Below are positions 16,113 to 20,408 of a stretch of 20,408 nucleotides of DNA, one piece after another. The notes under the pieces are model-generated. The model saw only the letters and a program-made list of their open reading frames with translations, did not search any database and was not told the origin of the DNA. The DNA is from Deltaproteobacteria bacterium (GTDB taxonomy: Bacteria; Myxococcota_A; UBA9160; SMWR01): positions 1 through 20,408 of the forward strand of contig JAQBGU010000234.1 of NCBI GenBank assembly GCA_032128375.1, written 5' to 3'. Positions within the stretch are counted from its first letter, which is position 1, and every line of letters begins with the position of its first letter. The translations under genes and the position numbers were made by a program.

Positions 16113-17591
16113 CTAGCGATGCGGGAGGGCTACGTGGAACGTGGCGCCGCCGCCCGCTCGATTCACGAGCCAAACGCGGCCACCATGGGTTTCGCAGACT
16201 TTCCTGACGATGGCCAGCCCGATACCGCTACCGCGACGCCCGTCGGATGCCGGCCCCAAGCTCTGGAACACGTCGAATACGCGATGATGGTCGTCGTCGG
16301 CGATGCCGCGACCACAGTCAGACACGCTGATGTGGTGATGATCATCCTGGTCGGTCACGGTGACCTGGATGAAAGGATCATCGCACGCGCCCATGTGATC
16401 GATCGCATTTCCGATGAGATTCGAGAAGACCTGGTACAGACGCGTACGATCGCAATACACCATCGGGGGGTCGCTCGGAAGCAGCAGACGGATTCGGCTC
16501 GCATCGAGACGCGGTTTGAGTTCAGCGTTCAGCTGACTGAGCACCGTCTTTGGATCGACGAGTGACTTTCGTTCGCCCGATTGTCCAATCCGCGAAAGCT
16601 CGAGCAGGTCGTGAATCAGATCTTCCATCGTGCGGCCTGCTTGCTCGATCCGGTCAATGAAATGCAGCCCGGTATCGTCCATCAGTTCGCCGTAATCCTG
16701 ACGCAGCAATCGGGAGAAACCCAACAGCGCGACCAACGGTGAGCGCAGGTCGTGCGCGAGCGCGTGTACACAATGTTCCAGCTCGGCGTTCTTCCGCTCC
16801 AGTTCCGCGACGACTCGATGCCGATCGGTGACGTCTCGCAGGCAAAGTACGGTTCCCCCGAATGAACCGTCGGCGCTCCGTCGGGCCCGCGCAGACGCGG
16901 CGACATTGACGTTCCCGCCGTCGCGACCGACCAACGTCAGTTCCCAGTCCCCGACGTTTCCATCGGCGCCCAGCGACGACACCAGACGATCGAGATCATT
17001 CGCGTTACTCAGCAGCGCCGCTACCGGGGTGTTGATGATTTCTTCGGGCGTGCGACCGAGGAGATTCTCGATTGCGGCGGTGGCACGGATCACGAAACCG
17101 TTCGCGTCGATCGCCAGCAGCGCGTCCGGTGCGTCGTCCAGAATGGAGGATAGATCCCGGAGGCCGGGCCTTTGAACAGTGTCAGAATCCTGGACACGTC
17201 GCGCTATGACCACAAAGAACGGACGCTGATCGAGCGGCGTCGAAACGGGAAGCATGTTGACTTCGACCGGGGCTGACTCGTCCGAATCGCCGATCGGCAG
17301 GTCGATCCGAATATTGGAAAAGCATCCGTGAGTTCTCAACTGCGATCGCAAGGAGAAGACCTGGTCGGGTCTTGGAAGTCTGGACAGCTGCGGGAGGATG
17401 GCCTGCGCGTCCAGGCCGACCTGAAAGCCGGCGCCGTCGCCGAGCTCGACCAGCCCGTTGCTTACCCAGAGTACCTTGCCTCCGAAATCCGTGACCAGAA
17501 CCAGATCGTAGACGCGAGCCAGACCCTCGAGTAGAGTTCTGGACGGAATGAGATCGATCGTCTGCGGCTCGCTGGATTGTTGAAGGTTCAT
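16113..17591 (-). CDS. Cytoplasmic PAS-PAS sensor histidine kinase
   Basis: PAS/PAC (RDVTDR), H-box AHDLRSPL, N-box QVFSNLIGNA, G1 DCGRGI and G2 GSGIGLAIV; no TM segment. Start uncertain (ATG 17591 or 17654). Confidence 0.92.
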   Translation of the reverse strand: MNLQQSSEPQTIDLIPSRTLLEGLARVYDLVLVTDFGGKVLWVSNGLVELGDGAGFQVGLDAQAILPQLSRLPRPDQVFSLRSQLRTHGCFSNIRIDLPIGDSDESAPVEVNMLPVSTPLDQRPFFVVIARRVQDSDTVQRPGLRDLSSILDDAPDALLAIDANGFVIRATAAIENLLGRTPEEIINTPVAALLSNANDLDRLVSSLGADGNVGDWELTLVGRDGGNVNVAASARARRSADGSFGGTVLCLRDVTDRHRVVAELERKNAELEHCVHALAHDLRSPLVALLGFSRLLRQDYGELMDDTGLHFIDRIEQAGRTMEDLIHDLLELSRIGQSGERKSLVDPKTVLSQLNAELKPRLDASRIRLLLPSDPPMVYCDRTRLYQVFSNLIGNAIDHMGACDDPFIQVTVTDQDDHHHISVSDCGRGIADDDHHRVFDVFQSLGPASDGRRGSGIGLAIVRKVCETHGGRVWLVNRAGGGATFHVALPHR

Positions 17592-18124
17592 TTGTTGGTC
17601 GTCGGTTCGGACGTCGTCGGTATACACTGGATTAGGTTTTTGCACTGGCACCAAATCCGTCCCGCTAAGGACCCTATTTCGTTTCGTTCAATCCGGGTCA
17701 TGAAATGTGACGAACGTCAAGAGCGCATCTTGCGTTCGTCTCGGATCCGGGAAACGTCGAAACCTTATCACCATGAAATTCCCCGGGTCAATGGATCATT
17801 CGTCTATCGTTGCGATTCGTTGCGGCGAGGTTCGCTGGCTTCGAACGCGATGAATCGGCGATGGATCCCGAATCCAGTCTCTACTATGCTCTCCGACGGA
17901 GACGTGAGGCAGCGCTACCCCGCGGGATGCGGTTTGCCGTCGGCAGCGGCACCCCTTAAGTTGGCTAGGGCTATCGTTAATCCCTGACGGAGCAACCATG
18001 CGAATATCGGTCAGGACCGGACCAGTTGATTCGTCCTGCCCCTTTTCGTGCACACACTTGCTGGGCGAGTCGGGGGCCAGCGGTTCAAACATCAAGTTCC
18101 ACCGGACGCCTGGGGCGTGACGCG

Positions 18125-18700
18125 ATGAATCGGACCGGACTGTTCTCGTTGGCTGCATGCGCCGTCCTGCTCGCGTCGGGAAGGTCAGAGCCCGTTCGGG
18201 AATCAACCGATCCCGCTTCAATTGAACAGAGATTTTCCGATTCGAGCTTTTCCGATTCGAATCAGGGCACCCGGTTCGGTATCGGCGCCGCGGCGCGTTT
18301 TCTAGAACAGGCGAACCCGGCGCTATCGCCAAGCGACGTTCGTCGAACTTCAGTGGCTATCGTCCGAAACAGCCGGAAGTATGGACTCGACCCGATTCTG
18401 GTCACGCAGGTGCTCTGGGTGGAAAGCGGTGCTCGTCCGTGGGTGAGAAGCCCGCTCGGCGCGATTGGGTTGATGCAGGTGATGCCGCATATGGCAGAGC
18501 CATTGGGGCTAGCTGGCAGCCTGGCGTCGATCGAAAGCAACATCGAGGCGGGCTGCTTGATCCTGTCGGACAACATTCGACGGCTCGGAGAAGAGGATGG
18601 CATTTCCGCCTATTTCTGGGGCTCGGACATTCGCGGGGTGCTCTACCTCGAGCGGGTCAAGAGTGCAAGAGCCGCCGTCCGCGGACATTCCGAGTCTTGA
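18125..18700 (+). CDS. Lytic transglycosylase (SLT domain) with signal peptide
   Basis: YGLDP.LV..V..VES (catalytic Glu), S..GAIGLMQVMP, NIEAG and SAY.WG. Confidence 0.9.
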   Translation: MNRTGLFSLAACAVLLASGRSEPVRESTDPASIEQRFSDSSFSDSNQGTRFGIGAAARFLEQANPALSPSDVRRTSVAIVRNSRKYGLDPILVTQVLWVESGARPWVRSPLGAIGLMQVMPHMAEPLGLAGSLASIESNIEAGCLILSDNIRRLGEEDGISAYFWGSDIRGVLYLERVKSARAAVRGHSES

Positions 18701-19572
18701 AGCCGATCCGAGCATCTGACATTCGGCGCAAGGAATTCCACATTCAGGGTGCGAGCGGACTTCGGCTGTTTCGCCGCTCGTGGCTCCCGGCGGAGGAGAA
18801 GCGATCAGTCATCGTGGTTCACGGCTTCGCAGAGCACAGTGGCCGCTATGAACACGTGGGGTCGCGTCTGGCCGCGCAGGACTGCGCCGTTCACGCATAC
18901 GACCAGCAGGGTCACGGCCGCTCGGAGGGCACCCGCTGTCATGTCCGGCGCTTTGACGACCTGCTCGACGACCTCGATTCGATCGTCGGAGAGGTTCGCT
19001 CAGTGAGCCCTGAACTGCCGCTGTTCGTGGTGGGACACAGCATGGGCGGCCTGGTCGTTGCTGCTTACGCGCGCGAGCGGACCCCGGCCGTGACGGGCGT
19101 CGCGACATCCGGCGCGGCGCTGGCTCTATCGGATGGTTTTTCCTCTGCGAAGATTCTGGCTGCGAAGGTGCTGCGCCACGTTGTGCCAAAATTGGCCCTG
19201 GCGAGCGGTCTCGATCCGAACGCCTTGAGTCGAGATCAGGCTGTGGTGCGCGCCTACCTGGACGACCCTCTCGTCGAGTCCAAGATGACGACGTCACTTG
19301 GAGCAGAGATGATCGCAGCAATCGAGCGGACCTCCGGAGGGGGCGCCGAAGTTTCTGTTCCGATGCTCATGATGCACGGAGAGGACGACACGCTGTGTCC
19401 CGTCCGGGGAACCCTGGACTTCTACGAACGGCTAAGCGTGACGGAGAAGCGTCTGAAGGTATACAAGGGGCTTCGCCACGAGATTTTCAACGAGCCCGAA
19501 CAGGACGTCGTCCTGGAGGACTTGATGGATTGGATCCGCGATGTCCACACTTCCACGTTGTCGTCCGCGTGA
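18697..19572 (+). CDS. Alpha/beta hydrolase, lysophospholipase/monoacylglycerol lipase family
   Basis: VHGFAEHSGRY, D.QGHGRS, GHSMGG, HGEDD and HEIFNEP. TTG 18697 overlaps the SLT stop (TTGA). Confidence 0.92.
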   Translation: MKPIRASDIRRKEFHIQGASGLRLFRRSWLPAEEKRSVIVVHGFAEHSGRYEHVGSRLAAQDCAVHAYDQQGHGRSEGTRCHVRRFDDLLDDLDSIVGEVRSVSPELPLFVVGHSMGGLVVAAYARERTPAVTGVATSGAALALSDGFSSAKILAAKVLRHVVPKLALASGLDPNALSRDQAVVRAYLDDPLVESKMTTSLGAEMIAAIERTSGGGAEVSVPMLMMHGEDDTLCPVRGTLDFYERLSVTEKRLKVYKGLRHEIFNEPEQDVVLEDLMDWIRDVHTSTLSSA

Positions 19573-19622
19573 CGCATCGCCCGTCAACTCTTCACGACCG
19601 CCAGTAACGCTTCGCAACTCTG

Positions 19623-19658
19623 TTCAACTGCAACTTCGACTGCAACTTCAACTGCAAC
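19623..19658 (+). repeat. 12-nt tandem repeat TTC(A/G)ACTGCAAC x3, intergenic
   Basis: ttcaactgcaac-ttcgactgcaac-ttcaactgcaac. Confidence 0.88.
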
Positions 19659-19682
19659 CCCAGCCGATCAATCGAGGATCCG

Positions 19683-20186
19683 ATGGCGGACAAATCCCTC
19701 TCCCACGTCGACGAACGGGGCCGCGCACGCATGGTCTCGGTCGCAAGGAAGGCCATCACTCACCGCACCTGTGTCGCCCAGGGAGAGGTGCGGATGGCGG
19801 CCGAAACCCTCGCTCGCATCTCAGAGGGCAGAATCCCCAAGGGCGACGTCCTGCTGACGGCCCGGCTTGCGGGGATCCAGGCCGCCAAGCGGACCGATCA
19901 GTGGATTCCGCTGTGCCACTCGCTGCCGCTAGAGGGGATTGAGGTCTCGCTTCAGCCCGACAGCGAGGGTTCTCGCGTCGTGGTCGAAGCGAGGGTCGAG
20001 ACGCACGCGCGCACCGGCGTCGAAATGGAAGCGCTGGTGGCTGTCGCGGCGGCTGGCCTGACGGTATATGACATGTGCAAAGCGATCGACCGTACGATCA
20101 CGATCGGCGAAATTCGGCTAATCCAAAAGAGCGGCGGAAAGAGCGGAGAGTGGACACGCGCCAAAGATCGCGGAGCCGAGCCCTGA
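19683..20186 (+). CDS. moaC: Cyclic pyranopterin monophosphate synthase MoaC
   Basis: LSHVDE.G.ARMV, KGDVL..ARLAGI.AAK.T...[20 protein letters not shown] and KSGGKSG; SD GAGG. Confidence 0.97.
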   Translation: MADKSLSHVDERGRARMVSVARKAITHRTCVAQGEVRMAAETLARISEGRIPKGDVLLTARLAGIQAAKRTDQWIPLCHSLPLEGIEVSLQPDSEGSRVVVEARVETHARTGVEMEALVAVAAAGLTVYDMCKAIDRTITIGEIRLIQKSGGKSGEWTRAKDRGAEP

Positions 20187-20408
20187 GTGCTGGCAGACGA
20201 CGCCAACCGCACGTCGGCAACGAAATTGCTGAAGTTGAGAGAATCAGCAGAACCGACAGCTCAGATGCGGTGTCGATAGCGTACGATGACTTCGTCCAGC
20301 TGCGATGCAATCGGTGTGCTCACGGGGCCGGGGCCCATCAACCCGAGTCCGGCCAGACCGGCAACTCGTACGGATAGGTCCATGGCGAGCGGGAACTATC
20401 GCGAGGTG

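Noticed and set aside
1439..16565. Long antisense or alternate-frame ORFs (e.g. 1439..2413, 2905..4023, 4274..5128, 13494..14333, 15873..16565)
   Set aside because: Shadow ORFs of well-supported genes, expected at this GC content.
17905..17950. c-di-GMP-I riboswitch on the minus strand (GGCAAACCGC...GCGG)
   Set aside because: No GNRA loop, no GACGCAAA junction and no second stem.
20382..20408. Start of a next gene (ATG GCG AGC GGG AAC...)
   Set aside because: Only nine codons are visible; cannot be supported.

Overview
A high-GC bacterial chromosomal segment of mostly housekeeping and metabolic genes; a Myxococcota/deltaproteobacteria-like origin is my impression only. I see no mobile element, CRISPR array, rRNA or tRNA. 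Gene order: truncated bioB (+) joined tail-to-tail to a truncated pyruvate kinase (-, absent from the ORF track), M18 aminopeptidase, AI-2E transporter, small membrane protein, Mcd-like acyl-CoA dehydrogenase, nitrosocyanin-like cupredoxin lipoprotein, HisN-like phosphatase, DUF971 protein, npdG, class II ribonucleotide reductase nrdJ, secreted hypothetical protein, divergent IMPase-family protein, TPR-like hypothetical protein, lgt, PAS histidine kinase, lytic transglycosylase, alpha/beta hydrolase and moaC. Four signals stand out. (1) The control region before nrdJ combines DnaA-like boxes, tandem NrdR boxes, a sigma70 promoter, a ~145-nt structured RNA with two mutually exclusive folds, overlapping mini-ORFs, A-rich repeats and a 9-nt GGG-repeat array of in-frame start codons. 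(2) The bioB/pyk junction at ~637-651 is probably a chimera. (3) Several genes have leaderless-type promoters. (4) Two proteins have non-canonical metal-ligand motifs. All calls come from reading the sequence by eye; no searches were run.
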